Counted from the stretch's first letter, positions 18,821 to 27,171 are shown. The stretch: DNA of 31,966 bases from an uncultured Thermococci archaeon (GCA_964516825.1 CAZFAR010000002.1:1-31966), one strand, 5' to 3'. The notes: generated by a model from the sequence alone, not told the origin. Translations and numbers: made by a program.

Positions 18821-19191
18821 TTCTCACCCTCAACCTTCCAGTGCTTTGCTATCTGAAGCACAGTTTGGAGAAATTCCATGAAATCATCAGAAAGCATCCA
18901 GGTGCCGTCTCTCTTGTAGATCAATCCTGATCCTCTCAATTTCTTGATAATAGAATCATACTGGCCTCTGGTGATAGATGTTTCTGCACAGAAATGTTCC
19001 CACTGACTGTCATCGACCCCCTGGTTTTCCTTAATGAACTCCAGGAACTTCATGGCAGGCTCAGAAAGCTCCGGTTTCCTCCAGAAAATGCATTTGAGTA
19101 CTGCTTTCATGCTTTCTCCGACTCCATCTACAGGTCTGAGAAGGAATGTTGTTTCATACTTTGCTTCACTAATATTTCTTTTCATTGTCAT
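18817..19191 (-). CDS. 124-aa protein with a probable winged-helix C-terminus, translationally coupled to the 2172-aa gene
   Basis: 4-nt stop/start overlap at 18817-18820. ITRGQYDSIIKKLRGSGLIYKRDGTWMLS resembles a recognition helix plus wing. Consensus promoter about 25 bp upstream. Confidence 0.65.
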   Translation of the reverse strand: MTMKRNISEAKYETTFLLRPVDGVGESMKAVLKCIFWRKPELSEPAMKFLEFIKENQGVDDSQWEHFCAETSITRGQYDSIIKKLRGSGLIYKRDGTWMLSDDFMEFLQTVLQIAKHWKVEGEN

Positions 19192-19214
19192 ACATCATTA
19201 ATGCTAATCGACAC

Positions 19215-19230
19215 TATATAAATCTTTCGG
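19215..19230 (-). promoter_or_regulatory. BRE-TATA promoter CCGAAAGATTTATATA for the wHTH/surface-protein operon
   Basis: Canonical archaeal BRE+TATA, positioned for a near-leaderless transcript starting at 19191. Confidence 0.8.
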
Positions 19231-19298
19231 TAAGAAAGGATGAATTACCAACTATTCTCATAGTAGATTATCAGGGTTGAGCTAATACTGTACGGGAA

Positions 19299-19322
19299 GG
19301 AGGTGTTGAAGGAGGTGTTGAA
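19299..19322 (+). repeat. Tandem 12-bp repeat GGAGGTGTTGAA x2
   Basis: Exact duplication in the divergent intergenic region. Confidence 0.7.
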
Positions 19323-19393
19323 TCAGGTGGAATTGATTCCTTTTGGGATCACTCATCCGGTAGCTATTTAAACATAAGACTGTTTTTCTAATC

Positions 19394-20704
19394 ATGGCTT
19401 ATTATCCTGCGCTAAGTGAAGATATCTATTTTGGAGTAGCCAAATTTCCACAGGGTTCACTGGTGAAAATTAGGAACACTTCGACACAAAGGGAATTCAA
19501 ATCCACACCTGCGACTGTTGACTTGCTCAGTCTCTGTTCCGGCACCAGAAGCGTGGCAGACATTATTCACTTCCTCTCACAGCAATCTGGCGAACCAGTT
19601 GAATCATTGACTCTTGAGGTGGAGAGGATTTTGGAAAAACTCCAGGTAAGAGGAATCATCAGCCTCAATGAGACCCCTCATGCGGGGCCTTGTGTCAAGA
19701 GAATAAAGGTGAAGTACCCTCTCCAGTTTGCCCAGGTTGAAATTACCAACAGGTGCAATCTTTCATGCATACACTGCTTCAACGACTCAGGGGATCCGCA
19801 TCCTCACGAGTTGACAACAGCAGAGATACTCTCCACTATCGATGTCATCTCCTTGATGGGCGCAGATAGCATCGTGATAACTGGCGGTGAGCCTCTGATG
19901 CATCCCGATCTCTTTGAGATTGTGGAACATGCCAGGAAAGCCCCCATGACCGTCTCAATATTCACTAATGGCACCCTGATGACAGAAGAGCATGTAAGGA
20001 AGTTCAGAGCATTGAATGTCAGAGGATTCAATATTAGCATTGACAGCGTAGATGAGAACATTCACGATACATTCAGAGGACAGAAGGGAGCATTAAGAAA
20101 GACATTGAAAGCTGTTCAGTTGCTAAGAGAAGCAGGGTTTCAAATCAAGATATCTGTTTCCTTGTGTCAGAACAACAAGAACCGTGTGGTTGAAATACTG
20201 CAGTACTTCAAAGAGAACAGTCTAACGAGTTTTGGATTTATGCCTGTCACCTCATCAGGGAGAGGCATTGAGGGTCTGGCCATTTCTCCGGAAGAGTGCT
20301 ACTATATCTGGGTGGAACTGCTTACGTACCTCAAGGAAGAATTCCCTGAGGCTCTTACTGCAATAAGGGGAGACATGGCAGAGACATGCAGCATAGCCAG
20401 AGATCTCATCGGCATCAAATCTGATGGTACCATTATCCCCTGTCCGGGGTGTAGCAGATCATTGGGTGTGGGGAATGTGAGAAATGTGAATCTTGAGGAG
20501 TTCTGGGATAGAAATGCAACTCTCGAAGCCCTCAGACAGATAACAGTGAAAGAAGATGAAAAGTGCAAGGAATGCGTGTATCTTACGTTCTGCGTGGGAT
20601 GCATTGCATCTGCTCACACCACAAGCGGAGAACTCAAACGTTACTACCCCTACTTGTGTGCTTCACGCAGAGCATATGATGAGGTCATAGGACTGACAAA
20701 GTGA
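19394..20704 (+). CDS. Radical SAM/SPASM peptide maturase with a fused N-terminal PqqD-like RiPP recognition element (RRE)
   Basis: N-terminal TVDLLSLCSGTRSVADIIHFLSQQSG...EVERILEKLQVRGII (PqqD-like wHTH). CNLSCIHC (CxxxCxxC), ITGGEPLMH, FTNGTL, SIDS. SPASM region CSIARDLIGIKSDGTIIPC...GNV...CKECVYLTFCVGC...YLC. Confidence 0.92.
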   Translation: MAYYPALSEDIYFGVAKFPQGSLVKIRNTSTQREFKSTPATVDLLSLCSGTRSVADIIHFLSQQSGEPVESLTLEVERILEKLQVRGIISLNETPHAGPCVKRIKVKYPLQFAQVEITNRCNLSCIHCFNDSGDPHPHELTTAEILSTIDVISLMGADSIVITGGEPLMHPDLFEIVEHARKAPMTVSIFTNGTLMTEEHVRKFRALNVRGFNISIDSVDENIHDTFRGQKGALRKTLKAVQLLREAGFQIKISVSLCQNNKNRVVEILQYFKENSLTSFGFMPVTSSGRGIEGLAISPEECYYIWVELLTYLKEEFPEALTAIRGDMAETCSIARDLIGIKSDGTIIPCPGCSRSLGVGNVRNVNLEEFWDRNATLEALRQITVKEDEKCKECVYLTFCVGCIASAHTTSGELKRYYPYLCASRRAYDEVIGLTK

Positions 20705-20768
20705 ATCCACCATAATCTATTCCATCTTTGTGTACCGTATCGACGATCTGTGATCTGTCATACTTATG

Positions 20769-20784
20769 AAAAAAGAAAAAAAGG
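20769..20784 (-). terminator. U-rich archaeal terminator after the 34-aa precursor-like ORF
   Basis: Minus-strand run of T's (CCTTTTTTTTCTTTTTT) a few nt after the TAG at 20791. Confidence 0.55.
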
Positions 20785-20790
20785 AAATCT

Positions 20791-20895
20791 CTAACCAAAG
20801 AATGCGAAGCCAGGCCCCACATAGATACCATCAATGTAACAAGAAATGGGGTGCTTCGGGGTTACTTCTTCAAGTTCTTCGATTTCGAAATCCAT
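20791..20895 (-). CDS. 34-aa putative RiPP precursor peptide MDFEIEELEEVTPKHPISCYIDGIYVGPGFAFFG, not in the ORF track
   Basis: Hand-translated. GAGGTGA SD 6 nt upstream, own consensus promoter at 20930-20944 and T-tract terminator. Acidic leader plus Cys/aromatic/Gly-rich core. Lies 86 bp from the 3' end of the RRE-rSAM gene. Confidence 0.8.
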   Translation of the reverse strand: MDFEIEELEEVTPKHPISCYIDGIYVGPGFAFFG

Positions 20896-20929
20896 GTTTC
20901 TCACCTCGCTTTTATTCTGTGTACTAATC

Positions 20930-20944
20930 TTATAAATCTTTCGG
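20930..20944 (-). promoter_or_regulatory. BRE-TATA promoter CCGAAAGATTTATAA for the precursor peptide
   Basis: First 14 nt identical to the 19215-19230 promoter; about 35 bp upstream of the ATG. Confidence 0.8.
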
Positions 20945-21074
20945 TTTCGTTCGTTGTCTTGTTGCACATTTTCTTGTCAAATACTATATTTGATGTATTG
21001 AAAATATAGGGTCACCCACAACCTACTCCTCAGCCAAAGCTTGAAGAAGCCTGTAACAGATCAAGACCGATTGA

Positions 21075-21608
21075 CTACTCTTTTCTCACTGCAAAGAGCT
21101 GATGGCAGTGAGGGCACTTATAGGTACCTGGTCTTGTTATTGAGAGCCGAGCTTTGCAGGAAGGACAGACAATATTCTTCTTCTCTCTCTTCTTGACATC
21201 TTCCTCTCTGATCAATCTGCCGTCTGGATACCATATGGGGAACTGTTTGCATCGAAATGGATCGGCCTGCCAGGGATGTTCTCCCTCGAATTCTTGCCGA
21301 TTCAGCGTGGGATGCTCCTTGCCGCAGTAGGGACAGGTCACCAAAGAGTACTCCTTCCAGAACCAAAAAGCTTCCTTCACTGTACGAGAGGGAGCACATT
21401 CCGTGCATATCAGGCGATCAATTTTCCTGCACCAGCAGATCTGCTCAAAAAAGTGTGGCTTTCTGCAATGATCACACACAAATATATCATCATCATCCCA
21501 GGCGTGCCATGTACATCTACCTGATGTCTTACCAAAGACTGCATCCCGTGGGGGATATGATTTGTCCACAGTTCCCGTGATTTTACAGGTGAAACATTCC
21601 ATAGTCAA
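21075..21608 (-). CDS. Cys-rich multi-zinc-finger/zinc-ribbon protein (177 aa), coupled to mer
   Basis: Six CxxC pairs (CFTC, CDHC, CTEC, CPYC, CPSC, CPHC) plus further Cys/His. 4-nt overlap with the upstream gene stop. Confidence 0.7.
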   Translation of the reverse strand: MTMECFTCKITGTVDKSYPPRDAVFGKTSGRCTWHAWDDDDIFVCDHCRKPHFFEQICWCRKIDRLICTECAPSRTVKEAFWFWKEYSLVTCPYCGKEHPTLNRQEFEGEHPWQADPFRCKQFPIWYPDGRLIREEDVKKREKKNIVCPSCKARLSITRPGTYKCPHCHQLFAVRKE

Positions 21609-22594
21609 AAGTGAGGGATCACATTCTCCTTTATCAATTTGATAGCATCAGTCTTGGATTTGCCCAAAGGCATTCCTGTGACAATCTGTGTTACACCCAC
21701 CTTTTCTAGAGCTTTAATTTTCTCTACACAATCTTCAGGCGTTCCCGCGATGCTGAAAGCTTCCACCACCTCGTCTGGTACCCCGCCTTCTTTCATGCTC
21801 TCAAAGTCCTGCTTGGCCACCATTTCTTTCATGGCTGACACAGTTCCAGGCTCAATGCCGTGCCGTTCCAGAACGAAGTCAGGCGATCCCACTGCAATGG
21901 CTCCTGCCACAATCCTCGCTTTTTTCACTGCTTTGTCCCGCTTCTCATCTATGGAAAAGCTCGTGTACGCTGCTACATCAATTTCAGATATGTCTCTCCC
22001 TGCTTCACGAACACCTTCCTTGAGCGCTTCTACTGCAGGTGAAAAATCTCTGGGATGGGAGGCATTCACGAGAACGCCATCTGCCAAAGCTGCAGCGAGT
22101 GCAAGCATCTTTGGGCCTTGTGCACCAATGTAGATCGGGATTTTGTGGGAGGGTTTTTTCTTGATCCTGGCATTGGGAATGTCAAAGAAAGCACCATGGT
22201 ATGTGCATTTCTTCGTATCATTCAACTGCTTGAAAATTTCAACTGCTTCCTTTACTGCAATCAAAGGCTTCTCCCATTTGATTCCAATAGCATTCAGGGT
22301 CATCTTGTCCCCAGCTCCAATACCGAAAATCGCTCTCTCTCCCGAGATTTCATCTATAGTGAAGATCGCTGTAGCAGTCCACACTGGATTACACACGTAG
22401 GGATTGGTTACTGCAGACCCGATGAGAATCCTGTTCGTATTGTAAGCGATATCGGTCATCGTGCTGTAGACGTTTCTGTTGTTGTAGTGGTCTGTTATCC
22501 ATACATGGTGGAATCCTGCATCTTCGGCATCTCTGGAGTAGTAGGCCAGCTCGTAGGTAGGTTTTTCAGGACTAAACTCAATTCCGAATTTCAT
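21605..22594 (-). CDS. mer: F420-dependent 5,10-methylenetetrahydromethanopterin reductase (LLM superfamily)
   Basis: MKFGIEF, WITDHYNNRNVY, VTNPY, GIGAGDK.TL.AIGI.W.KP, IPIYIGAQGPKML, DGVLVNASHP.DF, GVTQIV.G.PLG closely follow recognised Mer sequences. Confidence 0.85.
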   Translation of the reverse strand: MKFGIEFSPEKPTYELAYYSRDAEDAGFHHVWITDHYNNRNVYSTMTDIAYNTNRILIGSAVTNPYVCNPVWTATAIFTIDEISGERAIFGIGAGDKMTLNAIGIKWEKPLIAVKEAVEIFKQLNDTKKCTYHGAFFDIPNARIKKKPSHKIPIYIGAQGPKMLALAAALADGVLVNASHPRDFSPAVEALKEGVREAGRDISEIDVAAYTSFSIDEKRDKAVKKARIVAGAIAVGSPDFVLERHGIEPGTVSAMKEMVAKQDFESMKEGGVPDEVVEAFSIAGTPEDCVEKIKALEKVGVTQIVTGMPLGKSKTDAIKLIKENVIPHF

Positions 22595-22687
22595 GATATC
22601 ACCTGATTATCAGACCGCCCATCTGTCATCATCCTGTGAAGTCAGACGCTGTCGGTATCATCATCTGGCATCCTTTTTGCATGATCC

Positions 22688-22702
22688 AATATAAGTTTTT
22701 CG
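22688..22702 (-). promoter_or_regulatory. BRE-TATA promoter for mer
   Basis: Minus strand reads CGAAAAACTTATATT, about 95 bp upstream of the ATG. Confidence 0.55.
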
Positions 22703-22867
22703 TATCCAGGGAGACAAAGCATAGGACTGTGCTCCCTCTTTATCCAGGGACAGCTGCAGGAATGCTTTGCCTCCACTAGTAGAATTTCAGGATACATTTC
22801 TGGAAGAGTCTCTCTTTCAATAATGCTACATCAGAATGATTTATATTACTCATTGCGTTATCTTGAA

Positions 22868-22883
22868 CCGAAAGATTTATATA
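22868..22883 (+). promoter_or_regulatory. Orphan consensus promoter CCGAAAGATTTATATA pointing toward the 3' end of pan
   Basis: 16/16 identical to the 19215-19230 promoter; no substantial plus-strand ORF follows. Confidence 0.6.
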
Positions 22884-23057
22884 CTATTGATTAATTGTAT
22901 CAGTGCGCCATATCCTTTTCTTTTTTTCTCTTTTTCAATGGACTATCAAAAGCACAATAAATGATAATAGCAGCAATAGAACAACAATAAAGAGCATTGG
23001 TGAAATGGTACGTGTCAAGAAAAGCTGAAGAGCATCAGAACGCAAGGCATATACAGA

Positions 23058-24263
23058 CTATCCATAGATCAATCCAGAATCAGCATCCTTCTCTTCATAA
23101 GATCCCAATACCTTTTCACATGCATTGATGAGATCTTCTTCTTCTATGCAATCTCTCTTTTCCCGTATGGCAAACATTCCTGCTTCTGTACAGATAGCTT
23201 TCAAGTCTGCTCCTGAAGCATTTTCTGCTGCTTCTGCTATTTCTTCGAGATTCACATTGTGCAAGTTCATATTCTTGGTATGAATCTTCAGAATCTCCAG
23301 CCTGCCTTTCTTACCAGGCAGGGGCACCTCGATCAATCGATCAAACCGGCCTGGCCTTAAGAGAGCAGGATCCAGAATATCTGGTCTGTTGGTGGCAGCC
23401 AGCACTTTCACATTTCCTTTAGGATCGAACCCATCCATTTCGGACAAAAGCTGCATCATAGTGCGGTGCACCTCTCTGTCACCTGAGACCTCTGAATCAA
23501 AGCGCTTGGAACCTATGGCATCGATTTCATCAATGAAAATGATGCTGGGATTCTTCTCTCTTGCGAGCTGGTATACTTCCCTGACGATGCGCGCACCTTC
23601 CCCAATGAATTTGCGGACAAATTCAGATCCCACCACTTTGATGAAGGTGGATTCTGTCTCACAAGCCACTGCTTTTGCTAACTGGGTCTTTCCGTTTCCT
23701 GGAGGACCGTACAGAAGAATACCTGAAGGCGGATCAATGCCCACCCTTTCAAAAAGCTCAGGATGCTTCAATGGAAGCTCAACTGTCTCTCTGATCTCCT
23801 CAATTTGCTGTTCCAGTCCGCCAATATCCTTGTACGTTACATCAGGCTTCTGTACAATCTCCATGCTAGTTACTGCTCGATCTCTGCTGAAGGGGAGGAC
23901 TTCAATAATGGAGAGTGTTCTCTGATTCATAGCGACCCTGCAGCCTACTACAATGTCTCTTGTACTGACGAAATGGGAGACATTCACCACATAGTTTGGA
24001 CCAGAAGAACTCTTGACTACCACTCTCCCGTCCACCAGCACATCTTCCACGACTGCAGTGATCAGTGGAGGGGACCTGAGGCGATCCAGTTCTTTCCGCA
24101 ATTCCATGTTCTCACGTTCCAGCCGAACAAGTTCAGTCTCTGTATTGCGTTTCTGCAGCTCCAGGCTCTTGATACGTCTCTGAAGATTCCTCAAGTACGT
24201 TTCTGTTTCGACGTGATCTGCTTCACGCCTGTCCGCATCCTCATACCTCACCTGAGATGACAT
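23058..24263 (-). CDS. pan: Proteasome-activating nucleotidase (AAA+ ATPase)
   Basis: N-terminal coiled coil, OB domain ([24 protein letters not shown]), GPPGNGKT, pore loop [38 protein letters not shown]-terminal HbYX (IYG). Confidence 0.97.
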   Translation of the reverse strand: MSSQVRYEDADRREADHVETETYLRNLQRRIKSLELQKRNTETELVRLERENMELRKELDRLRSPPLITAVVEDVLVDGRVVVKSSSGPNYVVNVSHFVSTRDIVVGCRVAMNQRTLSIIEVLPFSRDRAVTSMEIVQKPDVTYKDIGGLEQQIEEIRETVELPLKHPELFERVGIDPPSGILLYGPPGNGKTQLAKAVACETESTFIKVVGSEFVRKFIGEGARIVREVYQLAREKNPSIIFIDEIDAIGSKRFDSEVSGDREVHRTMMQLLSEMDGFDPKGNVKVLAATNRPDILDPALLRPGRFDRLIEVPLPGKKGRLEILKIHTKNMNLHNVNLEEIAEAAENASGADLKAICTEAGMFAIREKRDCIEEEDLINACEKVLGSYEEKDADSGLIYG

Positions 24264-24386
24264 GAATTTCCTCCCTTTTATGTAAAAGCATTATCTACTG
24301 ATATTGTTGCACCCCTTTATAAAGTTTTTGGTTAATGCTATTGATTAGCAAAAAGTTTAATAAGGTTTCCACCAGAATCTTATACA

Positions 24387-24833
24387 ATGATGTGCGAAAT
24401 ATGCGGAAGGCCAATAAAAGGGAGAGGAATAGAGATCTTTGTGGAAGGAGCGAAACTGACTGTTTGTAATAATTGTGCTCGTCATGGTACGCAGGTAAGA
24501 GAAAAACCGAGAGCATCCAGTCAGAGATCTGTTCTTCCTTCCAAGAAAGCCAATCTCGATGTTAAGGAGGATTATCCTTCAATCATCAGAAAAGCTAGAG
24601 AAAAGCAAGGATTGACCCAGAAAGATCTCGCCAGACAGATCAATGAGAAAGAATCGGTGATCCACAGAGTAGAAACAGGACACATGAGACCTTCTCCTCG
24701 ATTAGCCCAGAAACTGGAAGGGGTACTTGATATCAAACTTCTGGAAGAACTGGAAGAACCAGAGATTGCCCACAGGAGAAGCCACTCTGATGAGCTCACC
24801 ATCGGGGACATAATCAGGATAAAGAAGAAGTGA
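24387..24833 (+). CDS. mbf1: Archaeal multiprotein bridging factor 1 (Zn ribbon + HTH)
   Basis: CEICG...EGAKL.VCNNCA.HG; IRKAREKQGLTQKDLARQINEKESVI.RVE.G.MRP; LTIGD. Divergent from pan, a known archaeal gene context. Confidence 0.93.
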   Translation: MMCEICGRPIKGRGIEIFVEGAKLTVCNNCARHGTQVREKPRASSQRSVLPSKKANLDVKEDYPSIIRKAREKQGLTQKDLARQINEKESVIHRVETGHMRPSPRLAQKLEGVLDIKLLEELEEPEIAHRRSHSDELTIGDIIRIKKK

Positions 24834-24842
24834 GAAGGGACT

Positions 24843-25004
24843 ATGAAAAAGAAAGGAATTCTTGTTTGCTTGAAGTGCAGAAGCCCCCGGCTGAAGAGGA
24901 AGGCCCATATCCTGGGCATCATACCAGGATCTTCCTACGTCTGTTCAGACTGCGGGTTTGAGAGCCCGATAATGCTTGAGATCTTCCCAGACACTGAATC
25001 CTAG
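24843..25004 (+). CDS. 53-aa zinc-ribbon protein MKKKGILVCLKCRSPRLKRKAHILGIIPGSSYVCSDCGFESPIMLEIFPDTES, not in the ORF track
   Basis: Hand-translated. CxxC...CxxCG; starts 9 nt after the mbf1 stop; its TAG shares a CTAG with the stop of the convergent FKBP gene. Confidence 0.8.
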   Translation: MKKKGILVCLKCRSPRLKRKAHILGIIPGSSYVCSDCGFESPIMLEIFPDTES

Positions 25005-25777
25005 GCTTTTTCTATCTGTACCACCCAGACTGTGTAGTGGATTGTCTCTCCTGCCAGCAGGGGATTGAAGTCCACAAGCATAGCGTCTTCTCTGATCTCG
25101 ATCACTCTGCCCTGTCCGTAATAGGCAGAATACACTGTATCACCCAGAGAAGGGGTCAAAGTGATCTCATACTCAGTCTCAGTCTCTCCAGTAACGGTGG
25201 CACTTCCCAGAAGAAGTTGAATTTCCTGCCCTATTTCAAGTTCATAGACGAATCGCACTGTATCCTCTGCTACCTCCTTCACCAGAATTGTCAGGTCCTG
25301 CAATTGATACTGTTCGTCTGGCACTGGATCTTTCTGGAGTCTCTGCTTGAACTCATCAACGGAGACTTTTTCTTCCTTGTTCAGCGTCTGAAGCAACTGG
25401 ATTTCTTTGATCTTGTCAGGATTTCTCGATCCATAGGCTCTTTCAGGAGGGATTGCAACCTCCTTTCTTTCTCCCTCGCGCATTCCGATCAGCGCCATCT
25501 CAAGATCAGGTGGAAGGGTTCCTTCGCCTATAACAACTTTCAGGGGTTCATAAGATGCTCTGAGCCTGAACCACCAGATTTTGGGCTGTGCATCGTCCAT
25601 TGCCACCTCCTCGAGGGTTGTATCAATGATCTCTCCCGTATCCAGGTAGATTGTGTAGTTGATCAAGACAGTGTCTCCAACTTGTACAGTCTTGTAGAAC
25701 TTGAGAAAGTAGATACTTATTCCTGCTACAATGATGATAGCGAACACAATAATTATGTATAGTCTTTTGATGCTCAT
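25001..25777 (-). CDS. FKBP-type peptidyl-prolyl isomerase (SlyD/archaeal long-type-like with insert domain) carrying an N-terminal membrane anchor
   Basis: TM segment LYIIIVFAIIIVAGISIYFL; VQVGDTVLINYT..L.TGEIIDTT; GMREGE.KEV.IPPERAYG; VDFNPLLAGETIHYTVWVV. Confidence 0.9.
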   Translation of the reverse strand: MSIKRLYIIIVFAIIIVAGISIYFLKFYKTVQVGDTVLINYTIYLDTGEIIDTTLEEVAMDDAQPKIWWFRLRASYEPLKVVIGEGTLPPDLEMALIGMREGERKEVAIPPERAYGSRNPDKIKEIQLLQTLNKEEKVSVDEFKQRLQKDPVPDEQYQLQDLTILVKEVAEDTVRFVYELEIGQEIQLLLGSATVTGETETEYEITLTPSLGDTVYSAYYGQGRVIEIREDAMLVDFNPLLAGETIHYTVWVVQIEKA

Positions 25778-25978
25778 GATGGGTGTGTCTTTGCGTGTCT
25801 TAAAAATCTTGTGGTTTGAAGGCAGATCTTATCATTATTGGCTGCACCAGTGAAAGCTTTAGTGTCTTATATGTGCATGGTCTGAAGCAGTTTCTGGATA
25901 AGATAAGCAGGCCCCTGTTGACAGCCATGAGAACTGGATATGAAAAGGAATACGAATATCTCAAGGCGATCCCAGAAA

Positions 25979-26150
25979 ATGACATCGCTTATCAGTAGTA
26001 GTTGAAAAAGATGAAGGTGGATATTTTGTATTCTGTCCCAAACTCCAAGGTTGTCATTCGCAGGGAAATATGTGTGAAGAGGCTCCGAGAAACATTGGAG
26101 ATGCGACAAGGCTCCACATAGAGGACAGGCGAAGAACTATCAAGGGGTAA
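25979..26150 (+). pseudogene. HicB-family antitoxin remnant, frameshifted just after the start codon
   Basis: Frame from 25986 reads RLSVVVEKDEGGYFVFCPKLQGCHSQGNMCEEAPRNIGDATRLHIEDRRRTIKG*, a HicB signature. The ATG at 25979 is out of frame, with an in-frame TGA at 25980. Confidence 0.75.
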
Positions 26151-27171
26151 AATCACTCTTTAATAGCTTGATGCAGTTATAAATCAATTCTACGTCGTTC
26201 TGCAGGTTTATTCCTATCTTTCCCACTTTTTCCAACTTTAGCAATAATTTTCTCCCAATCTTGGAGCAACACTTTATCTCCCAAAAATATGCTATTCTCA
26301 TCGCATCCTCATGAAAAAATGATATACCATCTCTATGTATCACAAAAAAATGACATCTTCCAGTCTCTTCATCTGACATTAATGCAAGTCCATAGCTTTC
26401 AGGATGCGCTTCCTCTAATATGTTGAACTCTTCACGAAGTTGTCCTATTTCTCCCCTTGTTACCCTCACTGGAATTCTATGCAGCAAATCCCCTGTATTT
26501 CTCAATTCAAGGTTGGGAATTCCTTCAATTGGAATTTCCATATTATTTCTTAAGAAATTAGTAAAAGACACTCTGTGATAGCGTTGGATATCTTCATTGA
26601 AGGAAAAAATTATTCTGGACAGTCTTTCGATTTCTTCTGAGCAAATTCTATAATCTTCTTTCAAAATTTCAATTTTCTCCCCAATTTGTGTTCCTGAATA
26701 GAGTCCTCTTCCTATTTCATCAATTATCCTCTCCTTTCTGTGTCTTTTCTCTTGAGTATACCAACGGTTAATCTGGTCGTATTTAAAATCCCCCACGTAA
26801 TCAGGCATAGTGCTTCTTCTAAAACGGATGCTGTCCAGGTCCTTTAGGGTTCTATATCCTGAACTATAGAGTCTCAGTACTGTTTTTTCTCCTATGCCAA
26901 AAATGTCATCAATTTTACTTATCGAAGTATTTCTTAACTCCAAATCTAGTATTTCGTTAGATAGTATATCTTCCAATCCAAATATTTGATCTTTCTTGCT
27001 TTTGCGCTCTTTGATTTCTCTTTTTCTTCTGTTAATGTATATTCTATACTCAGATTTGAAGAGTCTGTATTCCTGACATTCTTCTGTCCAGTAGTACTCA
27101 AGAAATCTGTACAAGAAATAGCATACAACAGCAGTTGTGAATAATAAACCCCATGGGATTTGCAGCGTCAT
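26140..27171 (-). CDS. AT-rich hypothetical protein with an N-terminal TM segment and a helix-hairpin-helix motif
   Basis: WGLLFTTAVVCYFLYRFL; IDDIFGIGEKTVLRLYSSGYRTLKDL (HhH-like); long open frame. Confidence 0.6.
   Translation of the reverse strand: MTLQIPWGLLFTTAVVCYFLYRFLEYYWTEECQEYRLFKSEYRIYINRRKREIKERKSKKDQIFGLEDILSNEILDLELRNTSISKIDDIFGIGEKTVLRLYSSGYRTLKDLDSIRFRRSTMPDYVGDFKYDQINRWYTQEKRHRKERIIDEIGRGLYSGTQIGEKIEILKEDYRICSEEIERLSRIIFSFNEDIQRYHRVSFTNFLRNNMEIPIEGIPNLELRNTGDLLHRIPVRVTRGEIGQLREEFNILEEAHPESYGLALMSDEETGRCHFFVIHRDGISFFHEDAMRIAYFWEIKCCSKIGRKLLLKLEKVGKIGINLQNDVELIYNCIKLLKSDFTP

Noticed and set aside
19299-19371. Tandem GGAGGTGTTGAA as the ribosome-binding site of a 21-aa TTG-start ORF
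   Set aside because: The SD directly abuts the TTG and no promoter is placed for it. It is more simply a slippage duplication.
20791-20895. Calling the rSAM/precursor pair PQQ or mycofactocin biosynthesis (the peptide contains EEV and IDG as MftA does, and an LLM-family gene is nearby)
   Set aside because: There is no ExxxY (PqqA) and no terminal CGVY (MftA), and no pqqB/C or mftE/F-like genes are present. The LLM gene reads as a genuine Mer in a separate transcription unit.
25816-25998. 60-aa plus-strand ORF as a HicA partner of the HicB remnant
   Set aside because: There is no GSH-type motif or basic HicA pattern, and the TTG start overlaps the FKBP promoter region.
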